The notes under the pieces are model-generated. The model did not search any database. It worked only from the letters and a program-made list of their open reading frames with translations, and was not told where the DNA came from. Both the position numbers and the translations under genes were made by a program. A stretch of 64,000 nucleotides of DNA from Malacoraja senta. Lineage: Eukaryota. The number at the start of each line of letters is the position of its first letter. The stretch's first letter is position 1. Shown here piece by piece: positions 23,695-35,307 of the stretch. The stretch covers positions 5,396,001 to 5,460,000 of the forward strand of contig CM075996.1 of NCBI GenBank assembly GCA_038087875.1, given 5' to 3'.

Positions 23695-25280
23695 TCTTCA
23701 TAGCAAAAGGATTTGAGTATAGGAGCAGGGAGGTTCTACTGCAGTTGTACAGGGTCTTGGTGAGACCACACCTGGAGTATAGGGAGGTTTCACGGCAGTC
23801 GGGTCACGACCCATGACCCGTACTGTTGCTTTGCTACGCCAAATGGATTACACGCGATGAACTGCAGGTAAGTACTTACCATTGTTTCCAGCGTAGCGGG
23901 CCCGTTAAAACCCGCCGAAATTGTCAATTTTTGCGCTGTAAATAATTATGGAAATCGGGATAAGCGTGGGAGACATTTAGCCTACTTCAGAATTCAAAAA
24001 GTGAGGAGAAATGACGGTAGATTGAAGCGAGAGCTGAAGGGACAACAACAGCCAAAGTGCTTGGCGAACATTGGCCGTTTGCTCACTGCATTTCATCAAC
24101 TAAGGCATTATTTGTGTTTTTTCTTTATTCCTTTGTCATCTAAAAAGTTTCAGAAGGGATAAATCTGGCTGTAAAATTTTAAAATCGCCCATGGTTCTCA
24201 AGTGGGTTTTTACATACAAAAAGAAAATGCCTCTGAAGCAAAATTTACAACCAGATTTATCACTTCTGAGACTTTTTAGATACCAAAGGAATCAAGAAAA
24301 AACACAAATAATGCCTTACCGTTGATGAAGTGCAGTGAGCAAACGCGATAAATCCCAATATTTTCAATTCCGATATCTGCACGGCCAATGTTCGCCAAGC
24401 AATTTAGCTGTAGTTGTCCCTTCAGCTGTCGCTTCTCTTTACCTTCATTTCCCTTCACTTTTGGAATTCTGAAGTTGGGTACATGTCTCTCACACTTACC
24501 CCGACTTCCACAATTTTTTACAGTGAAAAATTCAAAATTTTGGCGGTTTTTAACAGGTAGGAAAGTACGTGTTTCTTGCATTAATAACATATACCGGAAG
24601 TTACATATGTCCTCCAGATGGATTGAGCAGCTCCATGCGTCAAGCCCTATGGGTCATACTGTACGCAATAGCCCTACTGTACACAATAGGGGGGTTGCAC
24701 GTAAAGTCACCGGGTCGGTGACCTTACGTGCAACCCCCCCATTGCGTACAGTTTTGGTCTCCAAATCCGAGGAAAGACATTCTTGCCATAGAGGGAGTAC
24801 AGAGAAGGTTCACCAGACCGATTCCTGGGATGTCAAGACTTTCATATGAAGAAAGACTGGATAGACTCGGCTTGTACTCACTAGAATTTAGAAGATTGAG
24901 GGGGGATCTTATAGAAACTTACACAATTCTTAAGGGGTTGGACAGGCTAGATGCAGGAAGATTGTTCCCGATGTCGGGGAAGTCCAGGACAAGGGGTCAC
25001 AGTTTAAGGATAAAGGGGAAATCCTTTAGGACCGAGATGAGAAAAACATTTTTCACACCGAGAGTGGTGAATCTCTGGAACTCTCTGCCACAGAAGGTAG
25101 TTGAGGCCAGTTCATTGGCTAATATTTAAGAGGGAGTTAGATGTGGCCCTTGTGGCTAAAGGGATCAGGGGGTATGGAGAGTAGGCAGGTACGGGATACT
25201 GAGTTGGATGACCATATTGAATGGCGGTGCAGGCTCGAAGGGCCGAATGGCCTGTACTCCTGCGCCTATTTTCTGTTTCT
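23695..25280 (+). mobile_element. CR1 LINE 3' fragment split by the element at 23781-24740
   Basis: ...CACCTGGAGTAT [insert] ATTGCGTACAGTTTTGG... rebuilds HLEYCVQFW; 24728-25129 ORF. Confidence 0.9.
23781..24740. mobile_element. ISL2EU-like non-autonomous fold-back DNA transposon carrying THAP-domain remnants in both arms
   Basis: 2-bp AT duplication in the CR1 host. Termini AGGGAGGTTTCACG / CGTGCAACCCCCCC. Arms encode VNFCAVNN...YFRI and ...RVCSLHFING. Confidence 0.7.
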
Positions 25281-25440
25281 ATCTTCGGTCCAAACCAGCA
25301 GCTGCAGTTCCTTGAACCTCCGCCCCCTCCACACACGTGTTCGGGGGTCGAGTTCCCCGAAAACTCCAAATTAAACTCATCCGAAACCCCCGGGTAGGAC
25401 CCGGTGAACAAAGCAGCCGCTAACTCACTCACTCACTCAC

Positions 25441-25492
25441 CCACTCCCGCCTGTTTGCGGCAGAAGATCAAGTCAGGATGATGCTTCGCCAT
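25441..25492 (-). CDS. PHF5A: PHF5A (SF3b subunit 7) coding exon 1, [17 protein letters not shown] + 1 nt
   Basis: Minus strand reads ATGGCGAAGCATCATCCTGACTTGATCTTCTGCCGCAAACAGGCGGGAGTGG|gtgagt. The peptide matches the vertebrate PHF5A N-terminus, the donor is consensus, and the gene is head-to-head with ACO2 as in mammals. Confidence 0.97.
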
Positions 25493-25985
25493 CACGAACT
25501 CCAACCGCCACCAGCAGCAGCCGCCGGAAGCACCACCTGCTCTTTGACCTCTTCACTAATCATATTTAAAAAAAACTAACCCAAGTATAACCCAAACAGA
25601 CGGGAGCAACTCATACAAAAAACAATTTCTAAAAATTTAGAAAAAAAATTCAGGTGACAGCATAAAGTGTTTTTTTTATTTAACAAATGCACTTGCCCCC
25701 TGTGAATACGTCACATCCGGTGGAAGGATATTTTGTGCTAAACGTTTGAAATAAATTGTGATTTTAGCAACAGGTTTCACAGGACGCTTGGTTTTGTGCT
25801 TCACCGGGACGAGTTAGCTGGAGATTGATTGTGTATATTTATATGTTGCTGAGAAGAGGGGTGGGGGATGGGGGTTGGTGATGTGAGTGGATGTTTGTAG
25901 CTCAGCTTTTAGGACCTGCCTGGGGTGGTATTAAAAGGCCGCGCTGTGACGTCATATCCACGCGGCATCTTTGTCAGTGAACAAA
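25493..25985. promoter_or_regulatory. Bidirectional PHF5A/ACO2 promoter and 5' UTRs
   Basis: 493 bp between divergent ATGs. Full CRE TGACGTCA at 25947-25954, ETS-CRE-like ACGTCACATCCGG at 25708-25720, CCGGAAG near 25524, TATA-like TATTAAAA at 25929-25936. Flanks are CpG-rich. Confidence 0.85.
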
Positions 25986-25991
25986 ATGGCG
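25961..25991 (+). promoter_or_regulatory. Iron-responsive element (IRE) in the ACO2 5' UTR, overlapping the start codon
   Basis: CAT-C(bulge)-TTTGT-CAGTGA-ACAAA-ATG: CAGUGN loop, 5-bp upper stem, unpaired C, lower stem CAU/AUG. Confidence 0.95.
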
Positions 25992-26021
25992 ACGTACGTC
26001 CTGACCGCCAGGAGGCTGCAG
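25986..26021 (+). CDS. ACO2: ACO2 mitochondrial aconitase coding exon 1 (MATYVLTARRLQ, presequence start)
   Basis: AAAATGGCG Kozak context, 36 nt, CAG|gtaaag donor, IRE directly upstream. Resembles the mammalian MAPYSLLVTRLQ exon 1. Confidence 0.93.
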
Positions 26022-29000
26022 GTAAAGAGCGCAGCCGGGCGGCCATGGGAGCGGTGGGGTGGGGGCACGGTTAGCCGGGGGATGGGGGGTGGAGGGTGGA
26101 AAGTCTTTTCCGTGGCCGCGGGGAGTCCGCTCCCTTCCATTGACCTTCTTCAGTTCACCCGCTCTCCAGCGGCGACCACTGCCTCTTCCTCCCACACACA
26201 CACACACAGCCGGTGCCGGAGCTGCTGCTGCTGCTGCATTCCCATGGTAACCGGCTCGGCTTCGGGATTCCACCCCCTCGATTAAAACCCACACACAAGA
26301 GAGGAAAACAAAAAATCTAAAACCGGGGGAAAAAAAATCACAGGGGTTCTAACTAAGCCTGCTCCGGGGAGCCAAGGTGACAACAAGGTTACACCGCGCC
26401 GGTTGCATTCCGGAGGAGGCCGTCTCATTCTTAAATCACAGCACATGATTAGTGATCGCGGTACCTTAATATCAACTGAATGCGCAGCTTAAAGACGTAA
26501 TTTCCCCTCAGTTGATAAAGCTACTTGGAAAACCAGCTTAAGTACAGTGGAATCAAGTTTTCAAGTGTTGACGCGCTTAACTACTGAACTGTCAAAGCCT
26601 CATATTTTTGGGTCCGAGTCCTTCGTTATTCACTGGTGGATGTCTGGGCCAGGCCAGCATATTAACGTTGTCCTTCAGAAGGTGAATCACCCTGCAGTCA
26701 TTTTGGTGAAAGTTATGCCTGCCTACTTTATGAACAGATTTCTAAGAGGAAGGAAAGATTGTCGGTACTTTTCAAAATAACATGTCGCCGTGGTGCAGCT
26801 CGTAGCGCTGCTGTCTCACAGCACCACAGACCTGGGTTTGATCCTGAACTTGGGTGCTCTCTGTGTGTACGTTCTCTTTGTGACATGTGGATTTCCTTTG
26901 GAGACTCCAGTTTCCTCCCAGATCACAAAGATGTCTAGTCGGAAGGTTAATTGGCCTCTGTTAAAGTTGTCCCTACAGTTTAGGGAGTGGATGTAAATGT
27001 GAGATGACATAAACCTAGAGTGAATGGGTGATCGATGGACAGCATGGAATCGATGGGCTGAAGGACCTGTTTCATGCTGTATTTTTCAATCAGTCAGTCA
27101 GAAATGTGAACAACATGGAAGAGCTTTATAGATGATGGTATTCTCATGCACTTGCTGCCTTACACGGTGGGAGAGGTCAAGAGAAGTTGTTGGATGTTAG
27201 CAAGTAGGTGCATGCAGTTTGTTGATGGCGCACATCCACTCCCTACACAATTTATGGAGGCCCATTAACCTACAAATCCACATGCCTTTTGGATGTGGGA
27301 GGAAAGTGGAGCTCCCTGAAGAAATCCATTCCATTACAGGGAGAGTGTGCAAACTCCACAGAGTCGGCACCTGAGGTCGGATCGAACCAGGGTCTCTGAC
27401 GCAGTGAGGTAACAGCTCTACCAGCTGCGCCATTGTCGTTGATAGTGACAAGGAACCAATTTTTTTTTTCAGAGCTGCACTTTTGTCAAGCACTTATGCA
27501 ATTTAGCATGTTTGAACCTGGATATGCCATATAAACCAGAGTTTTTTTCTCTTTGCTAACTGAGTACAGTTCTTGCTGCTTGTGGCCTGGAATTGAAAGG
27601 TAGTCTGATCAGTCAATTTACTGAATGGAGGGAGTCCCAGTTAAATGGTTGCGGTCAGATGCATCTGTTTACTTTTTCTGGAAAATGTTTTATTAACTGT
27701 AGAATATTCCATTCTTTGGGTAGATGTCATTTGATCTGCATTGATTTAGGATTTGTGTTTTCCTGGAATAGAATAAATAGTTTCATTATTTCCCCTCTTT
27801 TTTTCTCTCCCCAATTGATTTGGTGTGATTGGGGGATAAAGAATGACTTTCATGTTATAGTGGCATGGCGTTTAAGATTATACAAATTATATGCATGAAT
27901 ATGCACAGTTTTTTTAAATTTCTTAATAATTTTGTGTCTATATTATTTCACTAAATGCAATGTTATCCTTTGAAGAATGTAGTGCATGACTGACTTTACC
28001 ATGGAGAAAGTTGGCCGTGTTACAAACTGAGCGCAAGGCTGAAAATTAGTAACTAAGGTGATTCCAAGGACAGAGAGTGCAAGTTTTTTTCTCTCTTGAC
28101 TCGCTCACGGCAGCTTCATGGGTTGAGAAGGCTGAACAATGCCGAGGCTGAATTCACTTGTTAAAATTGTGCTTTTGCTTAAATTTTGACATACGCCTAG
28201 TTTAGTTGGTCAATTATCTTGCCAATCATCGGAATAGGGAGTGTCCTGCAATGTGAACGACAGAACAGTTCACAGCTGCTTGAAAGACCACACTGGGAGG
28301 TGAACAGGTTGTTGCAAGTAATTTCACATTAGTGTTCAACGCTTTAAAAGTTTTAAAATTTAAGTTGTGAGAGTACAGTGCTGATTTGTTTTAGTTTTGG
28401 GGATATAGCATGGAAACAGGCCCACCGAGTCCACACCGACCTGTGCACTAGTTCTATCCTACATACTAGGGACAATTTACAGAAACCAATTAACCTTAAA
28501 ACCTGTACGTCTTTGGAGTGTGGGAGGAAACTGGAACACCCAGCCAAAACAGGGAGAACGTACAAGCTCCGTACAGCCAGCGCCTGTAGTCAGGATCAAA
28601 CCCGGGTCTCTTGCACTGAAAGGCAGCTACTCTACCTCTATACTACTGTACAACCCATTTCATTTAATTAAATTTGGTTTCTCAATGTTGGAGGTAATTC
28701 AAAATACTTAAATTTAAATATTAAATGTGGGAGCTGAGCCACGTTATTGCAAAAATAAGCAACCTTATTACAAAAAAAAGACTTTGAAGGTGTTCATTCA
28801 ACGGCAACCCTCTAGGACACCTGAGATAGGAAGTTGCCATTGTTTCAGAATCTATTCAAAGTGGACATTTTGGGATCACCTTTGTTTTCCATCGTGTGAC
28901 CTTGTGTTGAAGAAATGGTTCTATCAAAACTGGACCATCTATTAACCTTTGCCGGGAGAAGGGGCGATGTTATCATCCATCTTAAATATCCAACATAACT

Positions 29001-29908
29001 CATTGAGCGGTAGTTGTTTTCCCTTGGGTTGCATTGCCTTTGTGACCTAAGGCTAGATACTGAGTTTCATATTGGTGTTTAACAGAGCAGAATGGTTCAA
29101 CACAGGAACTGGGCCTGCAGTCTACCATGACTTTTCCCAGGGCGGAAAATGTCAAAGACGAGATGGCATAACTTTAGGCTTAGAGTGGCAACTTTAGGCT
29201 TAGAGCGTGCTTTTTAGAGTTTAGAGATACAGTGCTGAAACAGGCCTTTTGGCCCACCAAGTTTGCGCCGACCAGCGGTGCCCGCACATTAATACTATCC
29301 TACACCCACTAGGGACAATTTTTACATTTACCAAGCCAATTAGCCTGCAAACCTGTATGTCTTTGGAGTGTGGGAGGAAACAGAAGATCTGGGAGAAAAC
29401 CCACACAGATCACGGGGAGAACGTACAAACTCCGTACAGACAGCACCCGTAGTCAGGATTGAACCCGAGTCTCCGACGCTGCATTCGCTGTAAGGCAGCA
29501 ACTCTACCACTGTGCCAGCACGACCGCCCAAGGATGGCGGAGGCAGATATGATAGTAGCATTTAAGAGGCCTATATATTTAGGTCGGTACATGGATACAT
29601 GTGATATGGATCAAATGTAGTCAGAGGAAGATTAGTTTAACTTGACATCATGTTCAGCACAGACATTGTGGACCGAAGGGCCAGTTCCTGTGCTGTACTG
29701 TTCAATGCTCAGCCCACCATGCCTGTGTCAAGCACAATGCCAAATTAAATTGTATTTGTCTGCACATGTCCCATATCCCTCCATTCCCTGTCTGATTACG
29801 TTTGGTAGAAGTCTTAGCAAATTCTCACACTGTTTTACATCAACTGGTGCATTTTCGTGTTGTGGTCACTTGATGTAGGTGAAGGCAGCATTCATTACGT
29901 GTCATAGA

Positions 29909-32705
29909 GCAGGAGTAGGCCATTCGGCCCTTCGAGCCTGCACCGCCATTCAATATGATCATGGCTGATCATCCAACTCAGTATCCCGTACCTGCCTTCT
30001 CTCCATACCCCCTGATCCCCATAGCCACAAGGGCCACATCTAACTCCCTCTTAAATATAGCCAATGAACTGGGCTCAACTACCCTCTGTGGCAGAGAGTT
30101 CCAGAGATTCACCACTCTCTGTGTGAAAATGTTTTTCCTCATCTCGGTCTTAAAGGATTTCCCCCTTATCCTTAAGCTGTGACCCCTTATCCTGGACTTC
30201 CCCAACATTGGGAACAATCTTCCTGCATCTAGCCTGTCCAACCCCATAAGAATTTTGTACGTTTCTATAAGATCCCCTCTCAATCTCCTAAATTCTAGCG
30301 AGTATAAGCCAAGTCTATCCAGTCTTTCTTCATATGAAAGTCCTGACATCCCAGGAATCAGTCTGGTGAACCTTCTCTGCACTCCCTCTATGGCTATTTT
30401 GGAGACCAAAACCGTACGCAATACTCCAGGTGTGGTCTCACCAAGACCCTGTACAACTGCAGTAGAACCTCCCTGCTCCTATACTCAAATCCTCTTGCTA
30501 TGAAGGCCAACATACCATTCGCTTTCTTCACTGCCTGCTGCACCTGCATGCCTACTTTCAATGACTGGTGCACCATGACACCCAGGTCTCGCTGCATCTC
30601 CCCATTTCCTAATCGGCCACCATTTAGATAATAGTCTGCCTTCCCGTTTTTGCCACCAAAGTGGATAACCTCACATTTATCCACATTATACTGCATCTGC
30701 CAAACATTTGCCCACTCACCCAGCCTATCCAAGTCGCCTTGCAGTCTCCTAGCATCCTCCTCACAGCTAACACTGCCCCCCAGCTTAGTGTCATCCGCAA
30801 ACTTGGAGATGTTGCTTTCAATTCCCTCGTCCAGATCATTAATATAAATTGTAAATAGCTGGGGTCCCAGCACTGAGCCTTGCGGTACCCCACTAGTCAC
30901 TGCCTGCCATTGCGAAAAGGACCCGTTTACTCCTACTCTTTGCTTCCTGTTTGCCAGCCAGTTCTCTATCCACATCAATACTGAACCCCCAATACTGTGT
31001 GATTTAAGTTTGTATACTAATCTCTTATGTGGTACCTTATCGAAAGCCTTCTGAAAGTCCAGATACAACACATCCACTGGTTCTCCCCTATCCACTCTAC
31101 TAGTTACATCCTCGAAAAATTCTATAAGATTCGTCAGACACGATTTACCTTTCGTAAATCCATGCTGACTTTGTCCAATGATTTCACCACTTTCCAAATG
31201 TGCTGCTATCCCATCTTTAATAACTGACTCTAGCAGTTTCCCCACTACTGATGTTAGACTAACTGGTCTGTAATTCCCCCTTTTCTCTCTCCCTCCCTTC
31301 TTAAAAAGTGGGGTTACGTTTGCTACCCTCCAATCCTCAGGAACTACTCCAGAATCTAAAGAGTTTTGAAAAATTAGCACTAATGCATCCACTATTTCTG
31401 GAGCTACTTCCTTAAGTACTCTGGGATGCAGCCTATCTGGCCCTGGTGATTTATCGGCCTTTAATCCATTCAATTTACCCAACACCACTTCCCGACTAAC
31501 CTGGATTTCACTCAGTTCCTCCATCTCCTTTGACCCACGGCCCCCTGCTATTTCCGGCAGATTATTTATGTCTTCCTTAGTGAAGACGGAACCAAAGTAG
31601 TTATTCAATTGGTCCGCCATATCCTTGTTCCCCATGATCAATTCACCTGTTTCTGACTGCAAGGGACCTACATTTGTTTTAACTAATCTCTTTCTCTTCA
31701 CATATCTATAAAAACTTTTGCAATCAGTTTTTATGTTCCCTGCCAGTTTCCTTTCATAATCTATTTTCCCTTTCCTAATTAAGCCCTTTGTCCTCCTCTG
31801 CTGGTCTCTGAATTTCTCCCAGTCCTCTGGTATGCTGCTTTTTCTGGCTAATTTGTACGCATCATCTTTTGCTTTGATACTATCCCTGATTTCCCTTGTT
31901 ATCCACGGATGCACTACCTTCCCTGATTTATTCTTTTGCCAAACTGGGATGAACAATTTTTGTAGTTCATCCATGCAGTCTTTAAATGCCTTCCATTGCA
32001 TATCCACCGTCAACCCTTTTAGAACTAATTGCCAGTCAATCTTGGCCAATTCACGTCTCATACCCTCAAAGTTACCTTTCTTTAAGTTCAGAACCGTTGT
32101 TTCTGAATTAACAATGTCACTCTCCATCCTAATGAAGAACTCAACCATATTATGGTCACTCTTGCCCAAGGGGGCACGCACAACAAGTCTGCTAACTAAC
32201 CCTTCCTCATTACTCAATACCCAGTCTAGAATAGCCTGCTCTCTCGTTGGTTCTTCTACATGTTGGTTTAGATAACTATCCCTCATACATTCCAAGAAAT
32301 CCTCTTCCTCGGCACCCCTGCCAATTTGATTCACCCAATCTATATGTAGATTGAAGTCACCCATTATAACTGTTTTGCCTTTGTTGCACGCATTTCTAAT
32401 TTCCTGTTTGATGCCATCCCCAACTTCACTACTACTGCTAGGTGCCCTGTACACAACACCCACCAGCGTTTTCTGCCCCTTAGTGTTTCGCAGCTCTACC
32501 CATACCGATTCCACATCCTCCAAGCTAATGTCCTTCCTTTCCACTGCGTTAATCTCCTCTCTAACCAGCAACGCTACCCCACCTCCTTTTCCTTTCTCTC
32601 TATCCCTCCTGAATATTGAATATCCCTGGATGTTCAGCTCCCAGCCTTGGTCACCCTGGAGCCATGTCTCCGTGATCCCAACTATATCATAATCATTAAT
32701 TGCTA
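29909..32705 (-). mobile_element. CR1-clade LINE, nearly complete ORF2 (APE endonuclease + reverse transcriptase) and 3' UTR, 5'-truncated
   Basis: The 791-aa ORF has GITETW, GDFN and SDH (APE) and YRPVSL, GVPQGSVLGP and FADD (RT). The C-terminus continues in the 29978-30421 ORF after a small frameshifting deletion. Confidence 0.95.
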
Positions 32706-33287
32706 GCCTGCGTAGTTGGAGGCAGTAAAGAGTCAACAGCATTTGGGTGACTCGAATCATGCAGAACATCCTAGAATTATCACAGCACAGACCAAGGCCA
32801 TTTGGTCCGTTATGTCCACACTTTCTTCTTGTAAGCCAAATTATTCAATCCTGTGTTCCTCCACCTTCACTTTCTCCGCAGCTCTGCAAATAATTTTCCC
32901 TCCATGTCCCCATCCTTTTTGAAAGTGCTGATTGAATCTGTCTCTTATAAGCTGAAACTTCTGCATTCTCTGCACAAGGAGTCAAAAGGATTCCATAATA
33001 TTCTATTGTCCATCATTTGACTCACTTGGTCCGAAAACTTCCAGATATTAGGTGCAGCTTTCTTCTGTTCACCCTATCCAGACAATAAGCGAGTTCAGTA
33101 TTCCAAAAACGCAAGGAATCGAGGGATTTTTCAAAGGTCACTCGCGATAAACTCTCTCGGTAACTGTGCCGCCGCATGCACACAGACCTACGCCTCATCC
33201 GCAGCCAGGATCAAACCCGGGTGCCCGGTGCCACAAGCGCTGCCGAACCGCCACTGGACCATCCCTGTCCCTTCTCAATCAAACTAA

Positions 33288-33577
33288 AGGGGCTGTCCCA
33301 CTGTACGAGCTAATTCAAGAGTTCTCCCGAGTTTCCCCTGATTCGAACTCGGAGAATTATGGTAATAGCCGCTCATAGGTACTCGGGGCTCTCGTGGACA
33401 TTTTTCAACATGTTGAAAAATCTTCACGAGCTTACCGCGTTTCCCGAGTACCTGCGTTACGAGCCGCCAAGAGACATCCCGAGCTCCGACGTACCTTCTA
33501 CGTGATTACCACGAGTTTGATGGGGGGTTTTAACTCGGGAGAGCTCTTGAATTAGCTCGTGCAGTGGGACAGCCCCT
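33288..33577. mobile_element. PIF/Harbinger-like MITE
   Basis: TIRs of ~45 bp (AGGGGCTGTCCCACTGTACGAGCTAATTCAAGAG...), flanked by TAA / TTA. Confidence 0.75.
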
Positions 33578-34015
33578 TTAGTTTAAGAGTGTTACATAGT
33601 AAACTCTTGTACCAAAACGGTCTTGCAATAATGGTTAACAAGCCATTTGTCTTCCTAATTACTTGGTATGTTAACTTACAGTGATTTGTGCACTAGGTCA
33701 CCAGGTCCCTCTAGCAAATCCTTCACCACTGAATAAATACTCTATTCTTCTCACTACTTTCTGAAGTGAGGGCAAGTCAGGAGTAAAATTATTCTGGGCT
33801 ACTTCAAAAAGTTTATCCAGTTAGCTGCTGCTTATTGTTCTTGATTACTTGCCATCATTTTCATGGTGTATTATGTAGTGGCACAGTTGATGGTATTTTC
33901 ATGGTATGTTCATTGCCAGACTAAGTTGTATCCATCACCTGTGGACTTTGTAGTTTAATTTAACATGCCCTTTTCTGTGGGTTGTTCATGATGTGTGGTT
34001 TTCATTACGTTTCAG

Positions 34016-34155
34016 CAAGCCTTGAACCATGGGATTCGGAGGTACCATCTTTCCGCTATGTGTCGGCGGGCCAAAGTAGCCATGAGTTACTTTGAGCCCA
34101 ATGAGTACGTCAATTATGAATTACTGCGGAAAAACATTGACATCGTTTACAAAAG
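34016..34155 (+). CDS. ACO2: ACO2 exon 2 ([46 protein letters not shown])
   Basis: tttcag| ... AG|gtaaag, 140 nt, phase 0-2, contains the AKVAMSxFEPNEY motif of ACO2. Confidence 0.93.
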
Positions 34156-34882
34156 GTAAAGAAGGATATTTCAGACATTCAAACAGATTGAGCGGAATGT
34201 TAAACTTCAACCTTGTGGACAACGTGATGCCTATCGGGCAGGGAGGGAAGTACCACCTGGAGCAGAATAGTCCCAATTGTACTGAATGATCTGCTCCTGT
34301 GTCGTAAATATTATCCTGCTTTTGTGTTCCAGTAGTCTTGGATGTGGGATCTCCAAGCTTATTATACCGTGCATTCCAACTCCTTCTCCTTGTGAAAAGG
34401 ACAAAAAGTGCTGGAGTAAACTCAGTGGGTCAGGCAGCATCCCTGGAGGACGTGGATAGGTGATGTCTCGGGTCGGGATCGGTCTGAAGGAGGGTCCCAA
34501 CCTAAAAACGTCACCTATCCATGTTCTCCAGAGATGCCGTCTGGACCCGCTGAGGTACTCCAGCACTTTGTGTCCTTTCGTTTAATCCAACATCTGCAGT
34601 TCCTTGTTTCTACCCTTCACCTCGTGCACTTTTATATTTCTATCATATCTGCTTATGTCTATCTTTCTCCAAAGAAAACAGTCCCAGCCCCACTAATTCA
34701 TCCCATGAACCATTCACAGAATCATTTTATGGATACTCCCCAACATCGTTGCATTCTTCCTACAATTTAGGTGACTAAAATTAGAACATAAGAACGGGCC
34801 CTTAGGTCCACATTGTGTGCTGAACATGATATCAAGATCATATCTTATCTACCTGTGCATAATCTATATCCCTCCATATCCA

Positions 34883-35307
34883 CAGTAGGCCCCTCTCGGT
34901 CATGACTGACCATGGGTGATGCATCCTGGTCGGATGCAAGCCTGGGCGATGTCATATGGAGGACAGGCTGTTGCCCATGCAGCACGTCCCCCCTCTCCAC
35001 GTCGTTGATCGATCCAAAGGAACAGCAGGGCCGTTACAGTTTAGCACCAGCGCCATCACAGGAGCTGCCAGAACGACGTTATAGACAACGATGAACTGCC
35101 TTAGGGGCTCCAACTCCAGATTTTCTTGAGGTTTACTCCAGGAGCCTTTTCCATGACTGGATATGGCCACAAGGCAGTAGAGGTTTTAAATCAGTTTTCC
35201 CTCTCCTAGATGGGCCGCCTTCCCAGGCTGACCAGCCCCATCTGCCCGAGACTCTTGGGGGCGGGAGCGTCTACCTTCCCGTGCAGGTCTATAGCACCTG
35301 CCCACTG
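34883..35307 (-). mobile_element. 425-bp insertion with a 9-bp TSD, probably an RTE-derived non-autonomous element
   Basis: CCATATCCA is duplicated on both sides inside an older repeat. The minus strand has GGGAAGGCGGCCCATCTAGGAGAGGGAAAACT and ends CCATGGTCAGTCATGACCGAGAGGGGCCTAC, reminiscent of RTE 5' and 3' UTRs. Confidence 0.55.
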
